Shown in pieces: positions 1-8,045 of a stretch of 12,327 bases of DNA; positions within the stretch are counted from its first letter, which is position 1; every line of letters begins with the position of its first letter. The position numbers and the translations under genes were made by a program. The notes under the pieces are model-generated. The model searched no databases. It saw only the letters and a list, made by a program, of their open reading frames with translations, and had not been told where the DNA came from. This stretch comes from Candidatus Hermodarchaeota archaeon (GTDB lineage Archaea > Asgardarchaeota > Lokiarchaeia > Sigyniarchaeales > SOKP01): assembly GCA_048885525.1 (NCBI GenBank), contig JBHLLP010000069.1, positions 1-12,327 on the forward strand. The letters are read 5' to 3'.

Positions 1-1886
1 TCGAATTCTATAATAGGTATATCATCCAAAGTGTGCCTTGAGCGTGTTTCTTGAGTTAATGTATCAATAACTTTATATGAGTAATATTCATGTTCTACCT
101 TCACATTTCCATAAAATGTTTCAATAGTATTGTTTAGACCTATTTTATTTTCCGAAATCACTTCTAGAGGAGTGATATCTGTGTGTTTTAAAGATTGAGT
201 ATAAAAGTCTACATCTGCTCTTTTCAAATAGACCAATCTTTCATCTAAATTGAGTTCTTCAACCAAGTAGGTTTCTGCTTCGTAAAGGTAAACAGCACCC
301 TGGTGAAGATCACGGAATACGAAACTCTCATCTTCCACTGTTAAAACTTCTTCTCCTAGATCTGTTCTGAGGATAATCTTGTAACTTCTTTTTGATAAAT
401 CATTTAAGCCATATTTTTCATTTGGAAAAAAATCACTATTCCAGTAGTAACGATCTCCTTGTTTCATTAGTAAAGATTCTGAAACCAAATCCTCTAGGCA
501 TTCTAAAAAGAGATTCTTATCTTGAATACCAAATTTATTATATTCATCAACTCTTATTGGGCTCTCCTTACTTGCGCAACATATATGATTTCTTAGTAGA
601 TATTTATTGTTTAAAGTAATTAACACTTCCTCTTGGATTGGTCCAAATAATTTATCTGGATTATGTATATAGAAAAGATCTAAAGGATTTTGCATAGGTA
701 TGAGAGTTGATATAGAAAGATCGATGCCTCGACCAGAACGCCCAATTTGCTGCTTGAAACTTGAAACTGTTGATGGGAACCCAGAGCTAATTGTCGCATC
801 AAGAGATCCAATATCAATTCCCAATTCAAGCGCATTAGTAGAGCTTATTCCCAAGATTTTCTTTTCTTTAAAACTTGCCTCAATTTCTCTCCTTTTTTTT
901 TTACTAATACCCGCTCTATAGCTGAATATTTGATCTTTAATAGTAGGTAGAGTATTTCTAATCCATATAGCTTGTAATTCTGCCATTTTTCTCGAGAGTG
1001 TGAATGTTAATGTTTGAATTCCCTGTTTTAAATGGCTAACAAATAGATTTTTGGTTTCTTGGTGAGCTGAACGATATTTATTAGAAACTTTATCATAAGG
1101 TAAATCCCATAGTATAACTTTTTTCGCCCCCGATGGTGAATCATCCCGATCTATGACAGTGAACTCTTCACCTACTAATTTCTCACAAAACTCTTTAGGA
1201 TTATAAATTGTAGCACTTGAGAGAATCCATTGAGGATTAATTTTGTAAGCTTCAAGCATTCTTTTTAATCTTCTTAGCAATAATGCAAAGTTGGATCCAA
1301 AAATCCCTCGATAAATGTGGATTTCATCCAAGACAATGTATTTTAAATTCTGGCAAATTCTCCGCCACTTTTGTTTGAACCAGGGTAAATAATAATGTAA
1401 ACCATAAGGATTTGTTATAATAATGTTAGCATTGTTTAAAACGAATCTTTTTTCATTGGGTTCTATATCTCCATCATAAATTCCAATCCTATTTAGTTTT
1501 ATATTGGTTTCTTCAAGTATTTTTGAAAGAGCAGTAAATTGATCTCGAGCTAATGCTTTAGTAGGAAAGATATAAAGAGCTGTGTTTTTCGGTTCTTCAA
1601 GTAATGATTGTAGAACTGGTAAATTATAACAAAGAGATTTTCCGGATGCAGTAGAAGTTACAATTACAGTATTTCTTCCTTCACGAATGTTATTGATAGC
1701 ATCCGCTTGATGGCTCCATAGTTTGATATTGTTTAAATTTAACCAGCGTTGTAGACGTTTTCTAAGTGGATTTTCTAAATCACTAAAATGGGCATTTTGA
1801 GTTGAAATATCTTCAATATGGTATATCTGATCGTTATAATAATCTTGGGATTTGATAAAATGTAAAAACTCTTCGAAATCAACCAT
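1..1886 (-). CDS. DEAD/DEAH-box SF2 helicase, MrfA/YprA/SftH/Hrq1 (DUF1998-associated) family; 3' end beyond the left edge
   Basis: Manual minus-strand translation from ATG at 1886 (MVDFEEFLHFIKSQDYYNDQIYHIE...), in frame with the codons at the window edge (~628 codons). Motifs: Q-motif LWSHQ, I TSTASGKS, Ia FPTKALARDQ, YDGD, Ib TNP, II DEIH, III SAT, YRAG, V TNALELGIDIG, VI QQIGRSGR, plus family-typical HQGAVYL. The C-terminal Zn/DUF1998 domain would lie outside the window. Confidence 0.93.
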   Translation of the reverse strand, partial: MVDFEEFLHFIKSQDYYNDQIYHIEDISTQNAHFSDLENPLRKRLQRWLNLNNIKLWSHQADAINNIREGRNTVIVTSTASGKSLCYNLPVLQSLLEEPKNTALYIFPTKALARDQFTALSKILEETNIKLNRIGIYDGDIEPNEKRFVLNNANIIITNPYGLHYYLPWFKQKWRRICQNLKYIVLDEIHIYRGIFGSNFALLLRRLKRMLEAYKINPQWILSSATIYNPKEFCEKLVGEEFTVIDRDDSPSGAKKVILWDLPYDKVSNKYRSAHQETKNLFVSHLKQGIQTLTFTLSRKMAELQAIWIRNTLPTIKDQIFSYRAGISKKKRREIEASFKEKKILGISSTNALELGIDIGSLDATISSGFPSTVSSFKQQIGRSGRGIDLSISTLIPMQNPLDLFYIHNPDKLFGPIQEEVLITLNNKYLLRNHICCASKESPIRVDEYNKFGIQDKNLFLECLEDLVSESLLMKQGDRYYWNSDFFPNEKYGLNDLSKRSYKIILRTDLGEEVLTVEDESFVFRDLHQGAVYLYEAETYLVEELNLDERLVYLKRADVDFYTQSLKHTDITPLEVISENKIGLNNTIETFYGNVKVEHEYYSYKVIDTLTQETRSRHTLDDIPIIEF

Positions 1887-2054
1887 AAATAGCTTCAATA
1901 ACAATAATGAACACTCTCAATTAAAAATTTCAAGGGGTAATAAATTAATTATTTCTAATAATTTTACTACTGCAAGCATTATCTTATTCATAAAAATAGG
2001 GTTGTAAACTAAATTATTTTATATAGAAAATTGTCTTATTTTCATTATATCATC

Positions 2055-2070
2055 TTTGATAGAAATCAAA
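2055..2070. promoter_or_regulatory. Perfect inverted repeat TTTGAT-AGAA-ATCAAA (matches FNR-box consensus TTGAT-N4-ATCAA)
   Basis: Read directly from the sequence; ~50 nt upstream of the proposed TTG start at 2121. Function is inferred only. Confidence 0.35.
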
Positions 2071-2084
2071 TAAAAATTAGGTGT
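2066..2084. promoter_or_regulatory. Degenerate copy of the putative TrmB operator
   Basis: TCAAATAAAAATTAGGTGT versus TCAACTAAAAATTAGTTGT at 10728-10746: 17/19 identical. Confidence 0.35.
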
Positions 2085-2120
2085 TTTAATATTAGATATA
2101 AAATAATCAGATTTAATTTA

Positions 2121-3656
2121 TTGAAGAAGAGAAGAATAAACCTTTTACTTCTCTTTATTTTTCTATTGTCTTCACTCATGTTCCTAAATTACATTTTTCT
2201 CGGAAGCCATAATAATAATTCCACTCAAGACGTAAAGAGAAGTATCACTAATAATATTCGCGAAGAAATCTCGATGAGTAATGATTATCAATTGGTTGAG
2301 CCAATTAATATTTCATCATGGATTGATTGGGCACTTTATCCCTTCATTACTGGAAATGGTTCTGATTTAAACCCATTTATTATAGAAAATATTGAAATCA
2401 TTGGTGATGGTGTCAAAACGATACAGTCGGGAAACGACACTTTACTCGACTCTACGTATGTAGGTATCTATATTAATACAAATGGTTCATTCATTATTCA
2501 AAATTGTAAAATATCACACATATCTATCGGGATTCTTTTATCGATCGGAATATCATCTGGTGGACCAACTTATCCGATTGTAAATGTTGAGATTAATGAT
2601 TGTAGTATAGGCATCTATAGTAGATGGCAACATGTTGCAGTGAATATCTCAAATTGTAATATTCGTAATTGTAATTGGGTTTCGATAACTGCTAGTGTAG
2701 ATATAAACAACTATATTAATTATGGTGGTATTGGCATCTGTGTTAGATCAAGTGCAGGTATTATCGAAGATTGTCGTATTGAAGATTGCTCAGTCGGGAT
2801 GATGGCAGGATTGTTACAAGATTTTCACAATAATCAGTTAATAAATTGTGGATTTATCCCAGACTACCTGTTTATGTTCATGATGGATTATGATAGCAGT
2901 AATACTGTCAATGGTAAACCAATAGGGATATTTGGGAGTTATTGGGGAGATGATAATATGGTTTTTACACAAGCCAATGCGTCTCAATATGGACAATTAA
3001 TTTTTGCAGTTTGTCCTAACCTTACTCTATCAGATATTCATATCACTGAACCTTGTAGCATTGGAATTCAACTACTTTCTGTTAGCCTTAACCAAAGAAC
3101 GTATTTGAATAATATTATATGTGAGAACCAGAAACTCGGTTTCTATATCCATGGATATGATATGATTGGAGAAAATTTATACGCTAAGAACTGTGATGCA
3201 GGATTCTATTTTGTTGATATAAAAAATTGTAATTTAACAAAGATTATGACAGATAATACTGATATACCAATATATGCAATAACAGCAACTCTTAATTGTA
3301 ATATTGAAATTGAACAATATACTAAATTTTATTTAGTTGATCCTTATGCCTGGTATGGGGATAAGCTCTATGTAGAAACTGCAGGGTCATCTTATAATAT
3401 AACTATGTCTTATATTTCAGAATTAGGGGTTCAAGGCTATGCTTGTCAATTTAATGATACAGGTATTTATCGGGTTAGCCTTACTGTACTAACTTATACA
3501 GTTACAGCTAATTTTACAGTCATCTCAGTCCCCCGTTATCCGCGACCAGTTGTATCTGGTATTATTCCAAGTTATCCTTTATTCTGGGTTTGGACCGGGT
3601 TAATGATAGGTGTCATAGTATGTATTGAATCATACCGAAGGGGACGTCGAAGGTGA
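2121..3656 (+). CDS. Secreted right-handed parallel beta-helix (NosD/pectin-lyase-like) cell-surface protein with Loki-CTERM-like C-terminal anchor
   Basis: In-frame TTG at 2121 gives MKKRRINLLLLFIFLLSSLMFLNYIFLG (basic n-region + hydrophobic h-region), preferred over the ORF-track start at 2031. Also ITGNGSDLNPFIIENIEI (G-x-G-[TS]-x-x-[DN]-P-[YF]-x-I), repeated I-x-N-C-x-I / G-I-x-[IL] beta-helix coils, NTVNGKPI and GQLIF..C.NLTL motifs; C-terminus IPSY + hydrophobic helix + RRGRRR. Confidence 0.85.
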   Translation: MKKRRINLLLLFIFLLSSLMFLNYIFLGSHNNNSTQDVKRSITNNIREEISMSNDYQLVEPINISSWIDWALYPFITGNGSDLNPFIIENIEIIGDGVKTIQSGNDTLLDSTYVGIYINTNGSFIIQNCKISHISIGILLSIGISSGGPTYPIVNVEINDCSIGIYSRWQHVAVNISNCNIRNCNWVSITASVDINNYINYGGIGICVRSSAGIIEDCRIEDCSVGMMAGLLQDFHNNQLINCGFIPDYLFMFMMDYDSSNTVNGKPIGIFGSYWGDDNMVFTQANASQYGQLIFAVCPNLTLSDIHITEPCSIGIQLLSVSLNQRTYLNNIICENQKLGFYIHGYDMIGENLYAKNCDAGFYFVDIKNCNLTKIMTDNTDIPIYAITATLNCNIEIEQYTKFYLVDPYAWYGDKLYVETAGSSYNITMSYISELGVQGYACQFNDTGIYRVSLTVLTYTVTANFTVISVPRYPRPVVSGIIPSYPLFWVWTGLMIGVIVCIESYRRGRRR

Positions 3657-3670
3657 CCCCAAAATTCCTA

Positions 3671-3679
3671 TTTTTTTTT
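3671..3679 (+). terminator. Oligo-T archaeal-type terminator candidate
   Basis: T9 run 15 nt after the stop codon at 3656. Confidence 0.5.
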
Positions 3680-3808
3680 GATTTAAACTATTAACTCTTA
3701 ATTATATAATATTTTTAAAACTAAATCCTCCAACTAAAATTTAAAAAATATTAATATTTTAAACTGATCAAACCAAATTTAAATAAATACAATTCAATTT
3801 GTTTTAAA

Positions 3809-4816
3809 ATGTCTATTTCTGAATGGAGTAAGGTTGATTTTCAGCAATTTATTAATGAATATGGGAAAGATATTATTATTAATAATGTACCAGTAATATT
3901 ATATTCTAAAAAGGATAAGGAACATGAAGCGTATAATTCTTTGATAGCTTTTTTTTTCATTTCTGGCGCTATATTTATTTACATTGCCCTATCATATTTT
4001 TTAGCTGCCATATTTTTCAGTTTGTTTCTGTTTATTGTAATTATCGTAATCTGTGTAATAGCTGATGTGGTTTTAATTATCAATGTCATAAAATCTAATG
4101 TATATATTAGACCATTGGAGTGTTGGGTAGAAATTTATAGAGGGATTACTGTTGAGGATTATGATTATTATTGTTTTATATATTATCCAATTTTTTCAGG
4201 AAAGAGCCATCCAAACGAAGCTAAAAATGTAATTTACAAACTTTTTCAAGAGCAAATAATAAAGAGTAAAATAGACATTACGCAAATAGAATTTTATGTA
4301 AAAATAAACCCACAAGATCAATCAAATATAGAGAAATTAGGTTACTTCTTCCAATATGCTGAAGGGAGACCTTTTAGAGATGAGAATATAAATCGAAATG
4401 CTTGGAAATATTTTCCTCCAGAAAAGGCAGAAAATGAGAATTTCTTAGCAGTGGGGAATTGGGATCATCATTATGAGTGGAGATATGATTTAAAATTTGA
4501 TTTTGATAAATTGCATGAATATGCCCCATGGGTTATTCAAAGATGGAATGAAATGAATTTAAAACCTTTAACTGAGGAATATAAAGAAAATATTAATTGG
4601 AATTTAAGAAATCTTGAATCTACACCAAAATTACTGCCATGGAAAGGAAACTTGGAAAATCAAACTTATGAGAATCCACGGGCACATAGAGATCTTGAAA
4701 TAATAGATGAAGCAATTGAAAAAATCATTGGAATTGAAAGAAAAATAGAAAAAGCAAAAGATATTAAGGAAGAACTTACAATTTTTAAATCTTTTTTCAG
4801 GGATTTAAGTTCTTAA
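3809..4816 (+). CDS. Hypothetical membrane protein (two N-proximal TM helices plus a large aromatic-rich soluble domain)
   Basis: 335-aa ORF with natural composition; hydrophobic stretch at about aa 45-94; no family motif recognised. Confidence 0.8.
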   Translation: MSISEWSKVDFQQFINEYGKDIIINNVPVILYSKKDKEHEAYNSLIAFFFISGAIFIYIALSYFLAAIFFSLFLFIVIIVICVIADVVLIINVIKSNVYIRPLECWVEIYRGITVEDYDYYCFIYYPIFSGKSHPNEAKNVIYKLFQEQIIKSKIDITQIEFYVKINPQDQSNIEKLGYFFQYAEGRPFRDENINRNAWKYFPPEKAENENFLAVGNWDHHYEWRYDLKFDFDKLHEYAPWVIQRWNEMNLKPLTEEYKENINWNLRNLESTPKLLPWKGNLENQTYENPRAHRDLEIIDEAIEKIIGIERKIEKAKDIKEELTIFKSFFRDLSS

Positions 4817-6368
4817 ACATTTCTTTATTCCGTTTATAGATTTTTATGTATTCCTTAAAGAGGTTATTATATCTTTCTTTATTATCTGAATTAGGTACAA
4901 AGATTTTTTTGACTTTAATCAATGGAACTGCATCTGAAAATTTTTTTAAAATTCCTAGACCAACCATTGAGATTATTGCAGAACCTCTTGCCGCAGCTAA
5001 ATCGGGTGATTCCATCTGAACTATTTTTCGATTAAGTATATCTGCTAGAATTTGGCACCAGATGTTTGATTTTGCCCCTCCGCCAATGCAATTAATTTTT
5101 TCAGACGTGCCAACCAACTTTTCAACAAAAATTAAAGCCCATTTTATATTATAAGCCACTCCCTCATAGACTGACCTCAAAATATTATCTCTGGTATGTT
5201 CAAGACTAAGATTATAGAAACCACCTCTAACATTTGAATTATTTATAGGACTTCTTTCTCCAAACATCCATGGAGTGAAGATAAGATTTTTTGACCCCAC
5301 TTCAGCTTTCTCTGTAAGTGAATCTAAGTGAAAATATAGTTCATCTAAATTCGATTGGTATTGTTCAAACTCATTTCTAAACATTTGTTGTACAACCCAA
5401 TCTAAGCAAGTAGCTCCCGTTTCTTGCTTTGATATACATAAATAATTTTCTTGAGATGAACATATGCAACCTGTATAATGAGAGAGATCTTTTACTCTTT
5501 TAGATGTATGAGCTGCAACCCAATCTGCCGTTCCTAAACATATAATTAATTTATTATCTAAAATGCCCCCTGAACCTAAAGCAGCAGAAGTTAAATCTCC
5601 AGAACTGACAAAGACTGGAATTCCAGATTTCAAATTTAACTCTTTAGCAGCTTCAATTGTTAATTCACCTGCAATATTAGTTGACTTTTTTATTTCTGGT
5701 AGTTTTTTCTTATCGATTTTAAATTTATTTAAAATTTTATCAGACCATTCAAATTTTCCAGGATTACTATCCATCATCCAAGTTGTATTACCTAAATCCC
5801 TTGATGTTACAGCATTATTGGTGCATTTAAAAATAATAAAATCTTTTACACTTAAGAATTTGTATGTTTTTTCGTATATTTCTGATTTATTCTCTTTCAA
5901 CCATAAAATGTGAGATATAGGATCCTTCCCATTAAATCCGGGGGCTCCACCTGTAATTTTAAGTAACATTAATATTTTTTTTAATCCATAACCAGATATT
6001 TTTATTAAACCTTTTGAAAATTTCTGAGTTATTGAAGCTGCTCGTGTATCTAACCAGCTAATAGAGTTCATTAAAGGAATACCATCATTATCTATCGGAA
6101 TGGTGCAGTTCATCTGGGAATCAAATGAAAAGGCTAAAATATCAGTAGGACTTATATGTTGTTGTTGAAGCAAAGTAATGGTGGCGTTTTTCACTGCATT
6201 CCAATAATCTTCAGGATTTTGTTCTGCCCATCCTGATTTTGGATAATATAAAGGATAATTTATCTTAGTTTGAGAAATTAACTCTAAATTCAAATCAAAT
6301 AAAGCAGCTTTATTCCCAGAAGTTCCTAAATCATGTGTTAGAATGTATTTTCCTTCCAAAATTATCAC
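4797..6368 (-). CDS. FGGY-family carbohydrate kinase (xylulokinase-like)
   Basis: HDLGTSGNKA phosphate-1 motif, GWAEQNPEDYW, ISWLDTRA, KDPISHILWLKE, FLSVKDFI, GTADW, FTPWMFGERSP, RSVYEGVAY, IGGGAKSNIWCQILAD. GTG start; TTG three codons later is an alternative. Substrate cannot be determined. Confidence 0.93.
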   Translation of the reverse strand: MIILEGKYILTHDLGTSGNKAALFDLNLELISQTKINYPLYYPKSGWAEQNPEDYWNAVKNATITLLQQQHISPTDILAFSFDSQMNCTIPIDNDGIPLMNSISWLDTRAASITQKFSKGLIKISGYGLKKILMLLKITGGAPGFNGKDPISHILWLKENKSEIYEKTYKFLSVKDFIIFKCTNNAVTSRDLGNTTWMMDSNPGKFEWSDKILNKFKIDKKKLPEIKKSTNIAGELTIEAAKELNLKSGIPVFVSSGDLTSAALGSGGILDNKLIICLGTADWVAAHTSKRVKDLSHYTGCICSSQENYLCISKQETGATCLDWVVQQMFRNEFEQYQSNLDELYFHLDSLTEKAEVGSKNLIFTPWMFGERSPINNSNVRGGFYNLSLEHTRDNILRSVYEGVAYNIKWALIFVEKLVGTSEKINCIGGGAKSNIWCQILADILNRKIVQMESPDLAAARGSAIISMVGLGILKKFSDAVPLIKVKKIFVPNSDNKERYNNLFKEYIKIYKRNKEMFKNLNP

Positions 6369-6501
6369 ATTTTTTTGATATTTAATTGTATTTTGTTTGA
6401 ATTATTAATAAATATAGAAGTAATTTGTGTAACTTTAATTGGATTAACGTTTTTAGCCTAATAAAAAGAACTTGATAACTATATTAGGTATATTATCATT
6501 A

Positions 6502-6572
6502 TAAAAACTTATAAAATGTTAATTATTAATTATTAAAAATTATACACCACTTCATTAAAGGAAAAAAGAGGT
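6502..6572 (+). promoter_or_regulatory. Candidate BRE/TATA promoter (AAAAAC-TTATAAAA, TATA 6509-6516) and Shine-Dalgarno GAGGT (6568-6572) for the 6583 gene
   Basis: Purine run followed by a TTATAAA box; GAGGT 10 nt before the TTG start. AT-rich context limits specificity. Confidence 0.45.
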
Positions 6573-6582
6573 AAGTAAGAAA

Positions 6583-8010
6583 TTGGAATCTTTGAAAAGT
6601 ATTTCTATTCTTGAAATTCCAACTAATAAGATATTCTATGATAAAAAAACAAATGTATTATCAGTAGAGATTATAGATTTCATGTTTGTAGGGATTTATA
6701 AGAAATCAACAAGGCTTAGCACAATTTTAGACGATATTTTTGCATCTTTAGGAGATACTCAATTGAATCGTTTAGATGTTTATTTTATGGATTTTGTTAC
6801 TAGTACCCGAATACCTGAAACTACCAAATTAAAACACCTTAAACTCTTAAGTAAAAAGAAACCAGAGAAGGAAGTTGAAGAACCAGCTGAAAAAAGAGAA
6901 TTTAAGGAGTTAATGAAAGATGAGGACTATGAGATGGAAGAAGAAGCTTATTATGATGAAGATATCTTAAGTGCCGAATCAGTAGCAGATGATGCAACAA
7001 TGTATAAGGAAGAAATATTTGAAGAAGAAAAATTACTCAAAAGAGATGAAAGGGAACGGGAAGAATCCAGAAGGACAAAAGAAGCTCCAAAAGCAAAAAA
7101 GAAATCACGAGCTTTTCCATCACCTGCACCTCCAGGAGCAGGAGGCGCTCCACCTCCTCCTGTTGGTGGTCCAGCTGTTAAAGCTCCCGCACCTACGGCA
7201 CCTGCGACACCTCCACCTCCTCCGCCTTCAGATGCATTAACAGGCCCTGGCACCCCACCACCAAAACCAGAAGCAGAACCTTCTATAGTTGCTCCTGAAG
7301 AACCTCAACCAACTGTATATGAGATTAATATGGGACTTCAATATTATTCCGTTATGATGGAACAACGAAGTTATTTGTTCTATGTTTATTTTTCGCATAA
7401 AGAACTGAAGATTGTCGATGAAGAGGGTAAAACTGTCTATGAGACAACATTCACAATAGTCACTAAGAAAGCAGAACCTCCCGTGTTAGATCTTAAAATT
7501 GGTGGAGAAGGTTTCGAAGTACATCCAATCTTTGGAAAAGTTGAAGTTAAAAAGGATGCGGTAAATCCTCCTGTGATGATTTTCTCTATAATGCCCTTAA
7601 AATCCAAAAAAGAGAAAAAAAAGAAAAAAGAAAGTGAAAGGAGATTTTTAAATGTGTACATAGAGTTTGAAGATAAAGTAATTAGTCACACTATCTTGTC
7701 AATAATTGTGCAACCTAAATATTTCCGGCTCGAGCTCGGGCCAATACATTTAAATCTTAGCAGAAAAACTGCCGCAATAATATCATTTGTGTCTATTTTA
7801 GTGGCTGGAATTTCTTTGGTCTGGACATTATTCTCCTGGGACCCATCATCGTCTTTTGTGGATCTTTTAAGCGGATTTGCACCAGGCTTAGGCTCAATTG
7901 TATTTATTGCAATATTTTTAATTACCTTATTTAAAGAAGGAATTTATCCTCTTAAGGAGAAAATTAGTGCTTTTTTAAATTTCGATCAAACAGGAGTCTT
8001 AATAAAATAA
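6583..8010 (+). CDS. Uncharacterised membrane-anchored proline-rich protein (small N-terminal alpha/beta domain, acidic/charged linker, polyproline tract, beta-sandwich-like domain with polybasic loop, two C-terminal TM helices)
   Basis: 475-aa ORF, TTG start with SD; 27 Pro in aa 179-243; KSKKEKKKKKESERR at aa 340-354; hydrophobic helices at about aa 397-417 and 433-451; no signal peptide. Confidence 0.85.
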   Translation: MESLKSISILEIPTNKIFYDKKTNVLSVEIIDFMFVGIYKKSTRLSTILDDIFASLGDTQLNRLDVYFMDFVTSTRIPETTKLKHLKLLSKKKPEKEVEEPAEKREFKELMKDEDYEMEEEAYYDEDILSAESVADDATMYKEEIFEEEKLLKRDEREREESRRTKEAPKAKKKSRAFPSPAPPGAGGAPPPPVGGPAVKAPAPTAPATPPPPPPSDALTGPGTPPPKPEAEPSIVAPEEPQPTVYEINMGLQYYSVMMEQRSYLFYVYFSHKELKIVDEEGKTVYETTFTIVTKKAEPPVLDLKIGGEGFEVHPIFGKVEVKKDAVNPPVMIFSIMPLKSKKEKKKKKESERRFLNVYIEFEDKVISHTILSIIVQPKYFRLELGPIHLNLSRKTAAIISFVSILVAGISLVWTLFSWDPSSSFVDLLSGFAPGLGSIVFIAIFLITLFKEGIYPLKEKISAFLNFDQTGVLIK

Positions 8011-8030
8011 ATTTATCTATTGTTAAACTC

Positions 8031-8039
8031 TTTTTTTTT
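8031..8039 (+). terminator. Oligo-T terminator candidate between convergent genes
   Basis: T9 run in the 35-nt gap between the stops at 8010 (+) and 8046 (-). Confidence 0.5.
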
Positions 8040-8045
8040 CTAATT

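Noticed and set aside
392-921. Plus-strand ORFs 392-619 and 700-921
   Set aside because: Antisense shadows of the minus-strand helicase, which has complete motifs.
2031-2120. ORF-track N-terminal extension of the surface protein
   Set aside because: It would bury the signal peptide behind 30 residues translated from AT-rich promoter-like DNA; TTG 2121 fits better.
5563-5913. 116-aa plus-strand ORF
   Set aside because: Antisense to the FGGY kinase, no recognisable features.
6519-6536. Short tandem repeat TTAATTA-TTAATTA-TTAA and nearby TGATAA...TTATCA dyad (6473-6498)
   Set aside because: Low-complexity AT sequence expected by chance; no second copy.
6951-7253. Gly-rich minus-strand ORF and alternate-frame ORF 6989-7240; local GC spike suggesting foreign DNA or an RNA gene
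   Set aside because: All are explained by CCN/GCN codons of the polyproline tract; no tRNA or other structured RNA pattern seen.
7437-7661. 74-aa minus-strand ORF
   Set aside because: Antisense shadow of the 6583-8010 gene.
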